Shown piece by piece: positions 13,238 to 25,415 of a stretch of 64,000 bases of DNA (within the stretch, counting starts at the first letter, position 1; each line of letters opens with the position of its first letter). Under the pieces are notes generated by a model. The model made no database searches and was not told the DNA's origin. It saw only the letters and a program-made list of their open reading frames with translations. Made by a program: the position numbers and the translations under genes. Source of the stretch: Amoebophrya sp. A120 (taxonomy: Eukaryota > Protista > Dinoflagellata); the NCBI GenBank assembly GCA_905178155.1, contig CAJINV010000022.1:641073-705072 (forward strand), given 5' to 3'.

Positions 13238-16200
13238 ATGGCAGTACAACATAAAAATTCTTCGACAGGAGCTGCCGCGAAGCTTCTTCGCAGTAGAACA
13301 AACGGGCTGCTCTTCTTCAGCTCCTTGTGCGTGGTCACAATGCAGTTACTATGGCCGGTACTGTATCAAATGTAAAAATGTCTGGGTCTGGAAGAATGCA
13401 ACTTGTGATGCTGTATTTGGATTCCAAAAAAATCTGTATTGCATGAGTAGCAAACAGAATGCAATTTTTGCTACGCTGAGAAGGCATTTGTCATGCGGAA
13501 TAGGCATCAAGAAGCCCTCAAAAAATCTGTATTGCTAGTGTATGCATCACAGACATCATGGCTCATGCCAAACGTGCATGACAAGTGTCAGAATCTTCCA
13601 GACCCAGACATTTTTACATTTGATATACTGGCCCGCGCGGCCAGTGGTGGGGGAAGTAACACCGCAAGCAGTAGTTCCTCCTCGTCCGCCGGGAGCACAG
13701 CTACATATCAAATGCAAATATGTCTGGGTCCTCTGGAAGATTGGCATGTTTGTCATGCATATTTTGTATGATGGATGATGCCTGTAATGCATGATCTAGC
13801 AACACAGATTTTTAGAAGGCTTCCGAATGCCTATTCCGCATGAGAAATTGCCTCTCCGCCTAACTACACAAACTGGACTGCTGTTGCTGGTCGCGCAATA
13901 CAGGTGTTTTTGGAATTTTGGAATCCAATGACAGCATCACAACTTGCAACCTGCCAGACCCAAAAATGTTTGCAATGCATAGCACAGGTGATGCTGCCGC
14001 TCCACCTCCCGCTCCACCATCTCCTGCGGGCGGTAGATTTTCCACCGCTACACTGAACCAAGCACTGTCAGAAATTGAAACTGAAACGGATCATGTTGAG
14101 AACAACGGAGTTCGTGGAGTAGAGATGCGTACTAGCGAAGCAGCCCCGTCGACGAAGACCCATGAAAATGTTGAAGATCCAGAAGTTATTTCTTCATCCG
14201 TCGTCGTGGCAACCGAAACTGCGCGTGATGCAAGAGGATCAACGGACGAATTTAGTAGTACCCTGGTGGCTCCTTCCCCGGCGCCGGACTACACGGCCGG
14301 CTTTCGTACACGTTCACACGCTATCAAATGCAAAAGTGTCTGGGTCTGGAAACTTGTGATGCAAGGAAGGGAATAGTGATAACACTGTAATGCGCTGCCC
14401 AGCATGACAAGTTTTGCCGTGGTTCTGAGTTGCGTTTCGCATGAGAAACAGGGTTTTTGCATGACAGGCAAGAGCAGCTCTTCGCGGCCGCGCAATACAG
14501 AGTTCGGAGTCATGCCAGACTAGCATGACAAAGCTCGGAATCTTCCAGACCCAGACATTTTTGCAGTTGATACTCACGGGATTTTTGGCCCCTCGGTGGC
14601 AGAGCGTCCGCGTCGTAGAAGAGCCTCCGAAAAAAACCAGCTTTCTTCAAAACATGGAATGGATTAAGAAATATGGGGGCTTTGAAAAACTCCAAGCCAT
14701 CGGTCGTGACCTAGAAGGCGCAGCAGCAGAAGTACGACACCAAGCGCCCCCCGCCGGTCATCCTTCATCTTCCAGTAACTTTTCTGGGACGCCAGCACAC
14801 GACGAGGAGCACGATGGAGCGGAAGAGCTTGCACTATCCTGAGGAAAAACGAGGCCCACACGACCCCAGTGTCTCAAGATGGGAATTTTGCATAGACAGT
14901 TCCTGAAATTTTGTGAGTCACGGATGATAGGTTTGGCTCTGTACGTAGTGTAGCCGTGCCCAGCTAGTAGTTGTCCAGACGCATTATAATTACAGATCCA
15001 ATCTGTTCATGCTAATTAGCGCATGACAGATTCCCAAAACTCATGAAAAATAAGCGCCCCTCATGGAGAATATCCGCATGAGAAACAACATCGTCCTTAG
15101 CATGCAGAACCCTTGTAAGTACTAACACTGCGGTCGTGGGGACATCATTCTTCCACAGGATAAAAGCTAAGAAATAACGACGATCCTGGCATGACTCCCG
15201 CTGGGACGTCGAGTGGCCTCATGTTCATGGCACAACAACTTCCGCTGGTAGCCTCGGGGCCGTTCCGCACTTCCTGCATTGGTTTTCCCTTGATGCGGCT
15301 GCAGGCAGCAGAATTATCGGTAGTAGAGCCCCCGGATCGACGCCCGATTCCTTTTCTCGACAACATGCGTTTCTTTAACCAGTATTGCTATTGGTTGAAA
15401 AAATTTCAAGCCACTGCTCGTCGCCCACAATTAGAAGACGCCACCGAGGGCCACGCCGCTTCAGCTTTCGGCGGAACGTCGAGGGAAGATGATCGCGGAA
15501 CAAACAGGCCTCCACGTGCTCCCCAAGTACAACTAGTCCCTGCTTTTAGAGGAGGAGCTGCACCACCGCAAATTCTTTCGCTTTTCCCAGCTAGGACAGC
15601 AGAAGGTCCCGCTCTGAAGATCGTTACCGTGGGCGGCAACGTTATCACAAGAATCCCGTATTACGAATGGAAAAATACCAAAGCTCGCCACGTGCTCGAC
15701 AGGCTCTCCGGTGCGGACTCGTATCCAGCGCCACATGATATGCTCGCCAGCCCTGGGACCGGCCCGCAGCTTTTTACAGCTCATGGTCCTACTCCGGTCG
15801 TGCGTATCGGTACTGCTGCAAATCGCGACGAAAAGTTGGCAACGTTACTTGAGAAAGAGCTGCAGCAGCTGGTGCAATATCATCAGCAAAGCGCTTCTTC
15901 GTCTGCTGACACGACGACACTTCCGCCCCGAGCAAGGACCACCATCGACCTCGTCTTTGTCGCGGGCGGGCGAAAGATGCCCTTTGCCTCGCTTCTGAAC
16001 GTCCTTATGGCGTTCTCAACTGTTACATTCTCAGCTGTTACATGATTTGTCATGCAAATTTGCCACCAAGATCGCCACGATTTAGCTGCTTCGCATGACA
16101 AATATCCGAAGGGCTAAACAGCATCTAACTCCGTGCCAAATTTGTAATGCAAAAGGCGCAATCTTCCCCCTTTCACTTTCGCCGTTCTTGCATTACAAAT

Positions 16201-17331
16201 TCATGTAACAGTTGAGAATGTAACATTTGAGAACGCCATAATCCTTCGACCGAAGATATACGGTGGCCCCTACCTGGAGGAGCGCAAGTCCGCGAATATT
16301 GTCCACCTACCGTCCTTGGCGCAAAGCGAAATGGAAAAACTTTTCCAGCACCTGCGAAAAACTATTGCCTCGGACGAAGGGTTCGTGCCCGGGAAACTAG
16401 AGCACGACGTGCTGGCCTTTACGCACGCACTTGCGTCATCAGAGCGCGCATTTTTAAGGGGACCACAGCCAGAAGGTACTTCTTTGGAAGGCGATTATCC
16501 ACTGCTTTTGGAGCACTTCACGCACAGGTTACGCTGTCTTAACCATGACGCCGACGGAGCGGTTGTTGAGTCACCTTGGGTGCAACTAGCTACCCCTGAC
16601 ATGTCCCGCTGGCTGCTGACAGAGGTGGAAAAGGCTTTCGCCTTGGCCCGGCATCAAACGCCGAGAAGAATTCAACAAGAGTACAATACCTTTCTCAAAT
16701 ACGGCATACCCAACGCCAGCGTCTTATTTTGGCATTGGTGGACAGGGCGACTTTCCGCACGGATGGGGCCCTCTGTCACTCTGCTCGCTCGTGGTATTCT
16801 GATAGACCTAAGCGACGCCACTTCAGTGCCATTCCTTCCGGACGACGCACGCGAGACGCTCCGCACTGGGGGTGTAGTGGAAATGGAGTTGATCTACGTG
16901 GCCGACGGGGAACGCGGCGAAGGGGAACCTGTCCGAGAAATCAAATACAGGTTTAGCATAAAAAAAGACGTCACATCTTCACCCGATCCGCTGGCGCAGC
17001 CGCAACACGTATCAAATGCAAAAATGTCTGGGTCTGGAAGAATGCATATTTGTCATGCTTCTCGGGTGTGACTCTTACATCTGTCATGCACGTTACCCAC
17101 GAGCCCCCTTTTTCTGGCATGCAGAAACGCAGTTTGTCATGCAGAGTAGGCAACACCTAGAAGCTCAAAAACTTGTCATGCCGGGCCAGCACTTGTGGCC
17201 TTCTCATGATACGCCGCCCAGCATCACAAATTTCCAGACCCAGACATATTTGCATTTGATAACACGGCTCTTTCCAAATCGATTTTGATGTTTTCCCATT
17301 TCTCTGTGCAGCAGTTCCTGAGCAGCCTTAA
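13238..17331 (+). CDS. Hypothetical protein with N-terminal hydrophobic segment and an internal repeat; 6 introners
   Basis: ORF pieces from 13238, 13918, 14525, 15191 and 16316 join after removing inserts 13364-13625, 13706-13981, 14322-14572, 14835-15162, 16006-16240 and 17010-17261; stop TAA at 17329-17331. Two junctions have degenerate TSDs, so their exact boundaries are uncertain. Confidence 0.7.
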
Positions 17332-17880
17332 CTTTGTTTTCGCGAAGGTCATATCGGGGGTCCGATCCAAGACCAAGATAAAGATTTATGGTCACTTTCT
17401 CAAAGATCGGAGATACTTATTATCCGACACCAAATGGACAACTTTTCAGATTCTTCTGATATAAAATCGGAGTTCACTATATAGTATTTATCAACACCAA
17501 CATAATTTTGGTGATGAGGAGCGAATCGGCGAGGATATTTTCTTTATAGTGGTCCCTGATAAACTTACCTTTCAACCAACAAATGTATGGTAAAAAATCC
17601 CTGTGTGCAGATGAACGCGCTTTCTTTCATCAAAACGGCTCCTGACAGCTTGTGAAGAACGCGAGCATGGTATCAAAAGGAAAAATCCTCCCTCCCCATA
17701 TCAAAACGAAGTTTCTGATGCAGGATTTGCGTATTACAAGACTAATAATGATCATTAGCGCTATTCTGGGCCTCAGGCCCCCCCTTAGGCCCCCCCTCAG
17801 GCCCCCCCTCGACCCCTAAGGCCCCCCCTAAGGCCCCCCCTGAGGCCCCCCCTAAGGCCCCCCCTGAGGCCTCCCCCAGG

Positions 17881-18130
17881 CGAGTTCTTTTCTTTGAAGT
17901 AAAGATCTGAGAGCCAGATGTCTTGCCTTTAGGAACTTGCAAAGGAAGAGCCAGAAACCGGAAACCCGCGCCCCGGCTTGAGGTCGAGGGCGCGCCCCCC
18001 TGAGGCTTCCCCCACGCGAGTTCTTTTCTTTGAAGTAAAGATCTGAGAGCCAGATGTCGTGCCTTTAGGAACTTGCAAAGGAAGAGCCAGAAACCGGAAA
18101 CCCGCGCCCCGGCTTGAGGTCGAGGGCGCG
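17881..18130. repeat. Two direct copies of a unit with ~137-bp period
   Basis: CGAGTTCTTTTCTTTGAAGTAAAGATCTGAGAGCCAGATGTC...GAGGTCGAGGGCGCG starts at 17881 and at 18018. Confidence 0.9.
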
Positions 18131-18619
18131 TCTATAATTCTCACTAGGAAAAGTTCCAGAAAAGTGAAGGATGGCGCCCGGCTTTTTTTTGAGCCCTGCC
18201 GTCGTTGCTTCCCCGGCCGGGAGCCCCTTCGGAAGCCCCTCTGAAGGCCCCCCCCCGGCAGAGGTCCCCCCTGGGGCCAACCCCTTATGGCCGCCGCCGC
18301 CTGGGGCCTGCCCTGCAGTGTTAAGGCTGCGTGCGCGCCCAACCCTTCTCATGCGCCGGCAAGGCCTGCCTTTCAGAAGTGAAAGCCACGCCGGCCGGTG
18401 CGGGTCCCGGCATTCGCCCCTTCGCCTTTTGCCCTTCGGCTTTACCCGATTTCGATTGCCCGCGGCAAATCAATCCGAACAGAAGCCCCAAAAGGCAACG
18501 GGCCCACTGGGCCAAGCAACCCGGACCATGTTCCCCCCCCGCCGCAGCCAAGGCGCAGGCCGCCCTTGAAAACCTAGGCAGCCAGGGTCTTTCTTCCGGC
18601 TTCCTATCTGGTCCGTCGT

Positions 18620-21365
18620 TGTAAGGAGCCCCAAACGCCTGCGCCCAAGGGCCCCCGTAAGGCCCCCCTCCTTGCGGGCCCACCCTGTATGGCATGCCCT
18701 GCAGCCCTGCTGGACAGTGCCCAATCGCGGGCGCCGGAAGGGCTCTGCTGAATGCTTTGGCATTTTTATAATATTGGCAAGCCGGGCCCATACGAAAAGC
18801 CCCAGGCGGCCCCCCTCTAGGAACATAAAGAGGACCCGCCCAAGAGGCCCCCGAGAGGCCCCCCGAGAGGCCCCCCCCCGAGGCCCCCCCTGCGGCCCCC
18901 CCCTGAGGCCCCCCCCGGAGGCCTTCCCTTGGGCCGCCCCTGTGGCCCCCCCTTTGGCCAACCCGACGTGGCCCTCGCTCCCTGACCTTCTGCCCTGAAG
19001 CTTGCTTCCTTTATTCTATTTGAGGGCCCGCCAAGCCTTTGCGCCGGCAAACGCCTGAGCCTGCCTCAGGGCCCCCGTAAGGCCCCCCTCCTTTCGGGCC
19101 CGCCCTTTATGGCATGCCCAGCGGCCCTGCTGGACAGTGCCCAGTCGCGGGCGCCGGAAGGGTTCTGCTGAATGCTTTGGCACTTTTAGAATATTGGCAC
19201 GCCGGGCCCATCCGGAAAACCCCAGTCGGCCCCCCTCTAGGAACACCCTAAAGACCCGCCCAAGAGGCCCCCCGGAGGCCCTCCCTAAGGCCCCCCCTTT
19301 GGCCAACCCGGCCCCCCTGATGCCCCGCCTTTGGGCAGCCCGGCGTGGCCCTCGCTCCCTCGGGCCTTCTGCCCTGAAGCTTTGCTTGAGGGCCAAGCCC
19401 CTGCGCCGGCAAACGCCTGCGCCGGAGGGCCCCCGTAAAGCCCCCCTCCTTTCGGGCCCACCCTGTGTGGCATGCCCTGCAGCCCTCCCGGACAGTGCCC
19501 AATCGCGGGCGCCTGAGAGTCTCTGCTGAATGCTTTGGCATTTTTAGAATATTGGCAAGCCGGGCCCATCCGGAAAACCCCAGGCGGCCCCCCTCTAGGA
19601 ACACCCCAAAGACCCGCCCAAGAGGCCCCCGGGAGGCCCCCCCTGAGGCCCCCCCTGAGGCCCCCCCTAAGGCCCCCCCTAAGGCCCCCCCTGAGGCCCC
19701 CCCTGAGGCCCCCCCCTGAGGCCCCCCCTGAGACCTTCCCTTGGGCCGCCCCTGAGGCCCGCCCCCCCTTTGGCCAACCGAACCCGGCGTGGCCCTCGCT
19801 CCCTGACCTTCTGCCCTGAGGCTTTAGTCTACTTGAGGGCCAAGCCCTTGCGCCGGCAAACGCCTGCGCCCGAGGACCCCCGTACGGCCCCCCTCCTTTC
19901 GGGCCCGCCCTGTAAGTATGGCATGCCCTGCGGCCCTACTGGACAGTGCCCAGTCGCGGGCGCCGGAGAGGTTCCGCGGAATGCTTTGGCATTTTTAGAA
20001 TATTAGCAAGCCGGGCCCATCCGGAAAGCCCCAGTCGGCCCCCCTCTAGGAACACCCTAAAGACCCGTCCAAGAGGCCCCGCAGAGGCCCCCCCGGACGG
20101 AGGCCCCCCCCGCGGCCCCCCTGATGCCCCTCCTTTGGCCACCCCGGCGTGGCCCTCGCTCCCTCGGGCCTGCTGCCCTGAAGCTTTGCTTGAGGGCCAA
20201 GCCCTTGCGCCGGCATGCGCCTGAGCCTGAGGGCCCCCATAGTGCCCCCCTCCTTTCGGGCCCACCCTGTATGGCATGCCCTGCAGCCCTACTGGACAGG
20301 GCCAAGTCGCGGGCGCCGGGGAGGTTCTGCTGAATGCTTTGGCATTTTTAGAATATTGGCAAGCCGGGCCCATCCGGAAAACCCCAGGCGGCCCCCCTCG
20401 AGGAACACCCTAAAGACCCGCCCCAGAGGCCCCCCCCTGCGGCCCCCCCTAGGGCCCCCCCTAAGGCCCCCCTAAAGCCCTTCCTGAGGCCCCCCCGATG
20501 CCCCCGCCCCCTTTGGCACACCCGGCGTGGCCCTCGCTCCCTCGGGCCTTCTGCCCTGAAGCTTACTGTCTTTGCTTGAGGGCCAAGCCCTTGCGCCGGC
20601 AAAGAAATGCCTGAGCCTTTGGGCCCCCGCAGAGCCCCACTCCTTTCGGGCCCACCCTGTATGGCATGCCCTGCGGCCCTATTGGATAGTGCCCAGTCGC
20701 GGGCGCCGGAGAGGTTCTTCGGGGCGAGTGCTTTGCTGGCGCGCATTTTCATAATATTGGCAAGCCGGGCCCATCCGGAAAACCCCAGGCGGCCCCCCTC
20801 GAGGCACACCCTAAAGACCCGCCCTGGAGGCCCCCCCCGGGGCCCCTCCTAAGGCCCCCTCTGTGGCAAACCCGGCGTGGCCCTCGCTCCCTCGGGCCTT
20901 CTGCCCTGAAGCTTTGCCTGAGGGCCAAGCCTGCCCTTGCGCCGGCAAATGCCTGAGCCTGATTGAGGGACCCCGTAAGGCCCCCCTCCTTTAGGGCCCG
21001 CCCTTTATGGCATGCCCCGCAGCCCTACTGGACAGCGCCCAGTCGCGGGCGCCCGAAGGGTCCTGCTTGATGATTTGGCATTTTTAGAATATTGGCACGC
21101 CGGGCCCATCCGGAAAACCCCAGGCGGCCCCCCTCTAGGAACGCCCGCCCTAAAGACCCGCCCAAGAGGCCCCTCAGAGGCCCCCCCCCTTGGGATCCCC
21201 CGAAGGCCCCCAATGGGCCCCCCCCGGCGGCCCCGCCTCAGGCCCCCCCTTCACTCCCCCTTTGGCCAACCCGGCATGGCCCTTGCTCCCACGGGCCTTC
21301 TGCCCTGAAGCTTTTCTTGAGGGCCAAGCCCTTGCGCCGGCAAATTCCCGAGCGAGCCTGAGGCC
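18620..21365. repeat. About 7 tandem copies of a ~335-450 bp GC-rich unit containing a variable (CTGAGGCCCCCC)n microsatellite
   Basis: Marker GGCATTTTTAGAATATTGGCAAGCCGGGCCCATCCGGAAAACCCC recurs near 18770, 19190, 19550, 20000, 20350, 20755 and 21090. Confidence 0.9.
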
Positions 21366-23088
21366 CCCCGGTACGGCCCCCCCCCTGGAAGAAGCCGCAG
21401 GAGGGCCCGCCGGCCGGGCCAAGAACCCGGACAACCAATATTCCTCTTCAATTCCCCCCTCCGTCACAGCCGAGGCGCAGCCCGCCCGCAAGCATTCAAA
21501 AACCTAGCCGGGGCCTTTTCTCAGGGAGGCTGCCTGGTCGCTGGAATGAGCCCCGAAAGGGGCAAGGAACGAAAGGGAGCCGACGAGGTCGAACAACCAA
21601 CCTGGGGGGGCTCTCCTGCTTCCAGTCGGGCCCCGGCCAGTCCAGTCGTGGACCCGACCAGCGTCGGGCGCGTCAACAACTGCAGCCCCCACGCCCCGGG
21701 GGTGTGTTGGGTGTCGAAATAAGGCCAGCCCGCCGCAGTGCGAACACAAAACCCCGGCGAAGTTCTGCGCCGCAGCATTCTCGCACTTGCCCCATCGGGG
21801 GGCCCTGTTTGTTTCGTCCGCGTATTTTTCCGGCGTGCAGGTGCCCATGATCAGCGGAGCCGCTTCGCAGTGCTGTTTTGTTAGTTTACCCGGCACCGGA
21901 AACGGCGCCGCGCCTTGCTTGAGCCTTCGGGCTGCCACATTTCTGCTGCGCTTCCCTCCGCTGTGCAGGTGTCCGGAGGCCTTTTGGCTTCTTCAGAGCT
22001 GGCAGGCAGCTGCCCTGTCTGTATCCGCGGCGCCTTGCTTTCTGTCTACAGCTGCTGCCCCTACCACTTTTCTTAGAGCTTTGCGCTGATCTTCTGGCGC
22101 GCTACTCTTCCCTAACGCTTGCTACCCCTGCCCCACCCGTCCCCCTTCCCAGAAAGCCCAGCCCAACACTCCTAATGATCATTTTATTGAATGCGAAAAA
22201 ATCAAGCTCAAGAAAGGGTCGCCCTTCAGGGCGACCCGTCTTCTTGTACAAATAAGATTTGTCTTGCTGGAGAGGAATGCAGCCCCATACTAAGCCTAAG
22301 TAGAGAGGTTCTGGGTCTGGCCTAGGCGTCTAGCATGAGAAACGTCCGCGCTGTAGGCCCATCAGCATCACAAACCGCCTGCACAATGCTGCGGAGCTTG
22401 TGGAGTTGCCTTCTTGCAAGACAGACGTGATTTGAGGTCTCAAATCAGCAACACAAATTTCCGGAAACATACCGTTTCGATATGGGGAGGGGGGATTTTT
22501 CCTCTCAATACATGGGCTGCATCGGTGGAGTCGTTGCGCGAGCGGGGTAGGGGTTAGGGGTTTTTTATATCGGATATAAAAAAATCTAGATTTTGATTCG
22601 AAAATTCGCCCTGCGGATGAACATGAGCAGCTGCCGCGACGACTAGAAGTAAAACGAAAATTATACGATAAAACAAGATGAGCAGCGTTTTCGTAAGTGT
22701 ATGATTCTTTACTCTATTTGGAGATGAGGTTTTGATGCAACATCTTTCTTTCAAAGCAGGAATAACTATGGCACTCATATTCGTGAAAATGGATTTATTT
22801 TACTTATATCCAGCTTGCGGCGGATGCGATAAAGTTGTAAACGATCCGGCATCCTTACCTCCACGGATGAACTTACCTTTCAAACACAAATGCTAATTTT
22901 GTTGCGCAGAAATCGCTTTCATCGGCCCCTAACAGTATGCGAAGGCGAGCTGGGGGGCTATGCGCGAGGAAGGGGGGAGGAGTTTGCTCTTCACAAAAAT
23001 CTTTATTTTGACGCAAAAAATTCCATTTATGCTGTGGAACACGATGAAAAACGGCAGGAACGACTAGGACTATACGGAAAGATGTTCA

Positions 23089-23238
23089 TATAACAGGAGC
23101 AGCTATTAAATCGATTGAAATTTTCAAAAATTTGTTCTATTATAAATATGCATGTCAAAACCACTTAGTTTATGGTTAATTAGCTAGCTGATAGTTAAGG
23201 TAAAGTAGCTAGTTGTCTTGCGGCTGTGTCTCGGAACG
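23089..23238 (+). repeat. Left terminal inverted repeat of the 11.7-kb element
   Basis: Reverse complement of 34678-34827 in two conserved blocks; contains TTGTCTTGC at 23213-23221. Confidence 0.9.
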
Positions 23239-23612
23239 CCGCGCGGAGTCGTTGATGAAGTAGTTCCGGCGGCCATTTTGCTGATTCTACTGACAACAAT
23301 CCTCAAAGAAATCTGACAACAGCTAAATCCTAAACCCTTCGGTGCCTAGAGTGGTACATTTGTGAATTGATTTTCGGTATGGCAGAGCGGTACGAAATTC
23401 GGAACAAATGTAGGCTACTTCTGGTCATGTGAAGCTCTTATGGGACCTGTTTTGATTGAGATTCTGGCACAACTTTGCAGGGCATATACGTTTCTAGAAC
23501 CGGACCCCGGATCCCTTCTAGTAGCGTGCGAGTTTTTGGTTGTCGAGTCAGTGTCTTAGAACGTCTTCTCCTCACATTTGCACGAACATCTTCCGACTTC
23601 TCCTCTCTCAGG

Positions 23613-24509
23613 ATGGAGTTTGATCCGAAAGCTATCGAGCGCGCATCTGTACAAGAAATCAAAAGGCTGTTGGAAGATTCTTTCGAGATTGTTATGATTT
23701 TCGAGACCGGATGCGATTTTTTCATAGCGCCGCTTCCGCATATCAGGGCGGAGCTGGGCATCACTCAGAAATGGTATCTCGGCATCCAGCTGAAGAGCAC
23801 CCGCACGATGTCCGCCGCCTGGCAGCGCAAACTGCGGTATGTTCTGAATCATTACAAGAACTTGTACCACGGAACCGTTCTGCTTGGCTGGGCCAACGAT
23901 TGTATGGACGTCTTCGTGCAGCCGGTGCATCGTGTGACGAACTACACCAAGTTCGACATCTGCGACGGTCTGTACAATCGCAACACAGTCATCAAGCGGC
24001 TGACGGATCTTTGGCAGAACCCGGTGTGTACCCGCCATACGGATACGATGGCGCTGTTGTCCTCCTACTCGCAGGCGACCTTAACGGAGAAAACTGCCCG
24101 CCGTATGTTCCTGGATTTGGTTGCTGGAAGTGATTTCGTGTATGCCCCCGCGGAGCGGGAGTTTGACAAAATTGACGGGCACATTTGGTGCAAGCAGGAT
24201 CCGCTCAAGAAGTATCGGGTGCAGGAGAAGGTCCTTTGCCTTCGTAAGGAGCGCGGGCTCGCTATCGGACTGCGCTGCAACTTCCACCGCAACTCCAAAG
24301 GACCGTACCACACCACCGACGCCGATTTCCTGCTTCTCCACGCTCGCTCGGGAGAAACTTCGGGGCAGTTTCTGGGCCTGCATGGATCCGCCCTGATCCC
24401 GTTTTCCACACTGCAGGAACACGGCTACACCGCCGACGAGACGACGTACATAAGAGCTTCATGGTTTTTGATTAGCGAATTTGCTGTTTTAGCCGGTAGG
24501 TGCGAGTGA
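23613..24509 (+). CDS. Intronless putative endonuclease with two tandem PD-(D/E)XK-like domains (298 aa from the ATG at 23613)
   Basis: Motifs E...CDFFI...GIQLKST and EK...DKIDG...RVQEKVL...YHTTDADFLLLH...LIPFSTLQEHGY fit the restriction-endonuclease fold. The ATG follows a pyrimidine tract plus AG (CTTCTCCTCTCTCAG|G-ATG). Family assignment is by motif recognition only. Confidence 0.65.
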   Translation: MEFDPKAIERASVQEIKRLLEDSFEIVMIFETGCDFFIAPLPHIRAELGITQKWYLGIQLKSTRTMSAAWQRKLRYVLNHYKNLYHGTVLLGWANDCMDVFVQPVHRVTNYTKFDICDGLYNRNTVIKRLTDLWQNPVCTRHTDTMALLSSYSQATLTEKTARRMFLDLVAGSDFVYAPAEREFDKIDGHIWCKQDPLKKYRVQEKVLCLRKERGLAIGLRCNFHRNSKGPYHTTDADFLLLHARSGETSGQFLGLHGSALIPFSTLQEHGYTADETTYIRASWFLISEFAVLAGRCE

Positions 24510-25415
24510 GAATATAGGCAACATAGTACTAATCGTTTTTATTCTAGAAACCAAGAAACGAATCACAAACGGAACCTCAACAGCGGACAACCGGGGAAGA
24601 AGACGATCAACTTCTATCCAGACGCACCCGGAGTCGGGCACCCCCGTCGCGACGGTGCGCTTGAGAAGTCGTATTGTAAGTGTGACGATCGCGAAGCTTA
24701 CACGCAACACCTGCTGAACATTTTGAAGAAGCACATCGATGAAGACATGTGATCCACTTCGTCCTGTAGCTCGCGGACTAACTGATCGCACAAAATTACG
24801 AGGACGAACGAATACTACAACCCGGAGAACACAAAAAGGCGCAGACACTGACAACGACATACGTTTTTGATTCAATTTGCATAGATAAAAGAACTGGTTC
24901 GTACAAGCAGAGAAACGCATCATAATGCATCCAAGTTTAAATTTCTCCTCTACGGAAGGGCGCCAGATGGGAGCTTTCTAGTAAAGCAAATTCGTCGTGG
25001 AGGTTCTATATTATGTGATTTCTTATATCATAAAAGAGCATGATAAATCCATGGTTTGTCTTTCAAACATAAATAAAATTCTCTTTTGCATAGTGTTGAC
25101 GTTAAGCAGCTTCCACAGCTGCAGACTGGGTTTCTGTGCAGGTGTATTAAACCTTCATAAAGAAGAAGCGTACTACTTTTCATTTTTTCATAATCTAATT
25201 TTGCATCATTCCACGTTGGGATGCTTGGAGAAGTGCTGTAAAAGTGCTCTTTCGAGTTTTTTCTAACAAGAACATTCAAAATTGATGAAACTAAACGTGC
25301 CGATGGTCTCAAGTTTCCCTAGCTTTATTCTCATGTAGTGGGCAAAGAGCTGATAACTCTGGAGACGCAAGTTTGTGTCTGTAGCGTTGATTTCATAACC
25401 AGAGTGTGTCTCATT

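Larger units (their letters stand above)
17734..22246 (+). mobile_element. Non-autonomous Helitron/Helentron-like element (~4.5 kb) made mostly of GC-rich tandem repeats
   Basis: Inserted between A and T with no TSD; the empty site GATTTGCGTA|TACAAAT matches the length of family D GATTTGTGTACACAAAT. 3' hairpin GGGTCGCCCT-TC-AGGGCGACCC (22216-22237) lies 9 nt before the 3' end, which is CTTG. Short subterminal inverted repeat AATGATCATTAG (~17747) / CTAATGATCATT (~22172). No credible ORF. Confidence 0.65.
17671..22510. mobile_element. Family D introner-type TIR element (327 bp when reconstituted) interrupted by a 4.5-kb insert
   Basis: Left end TATCAAAAGGAAAAATCCTCCCTCCCCATATC, right end ...GATATGGGGAGGGGGATTTTCCTCTCAATA, CATGG TSD at 17666-17670 and 22511-22515. 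The two halves rejoin to the family D consensus. Confidence 0.85.

Noticed and set aside
17742-22089. Many Gly/Pro/Arg-rich ORFs on both strands
   Set aside because: Products of GC-rich tandem repeats with frame-shifting homopolymer variation.
17540-22930. Shared AACTTACCTTTCAA segment near 17562 and 22870 suggesting a duplicated minus-strand gene
   Set aside because: Similarity is short and the frames contain stops; no supportable gene model.
23266-23284. GCCATTTTG resembling the dinoflagellate spliced-leader core upstream of the nuclease ORF
   Set aside because: Only 9 nt match, flanks diverge, and it lies ~330 nt from the ATG; compatible with chance.
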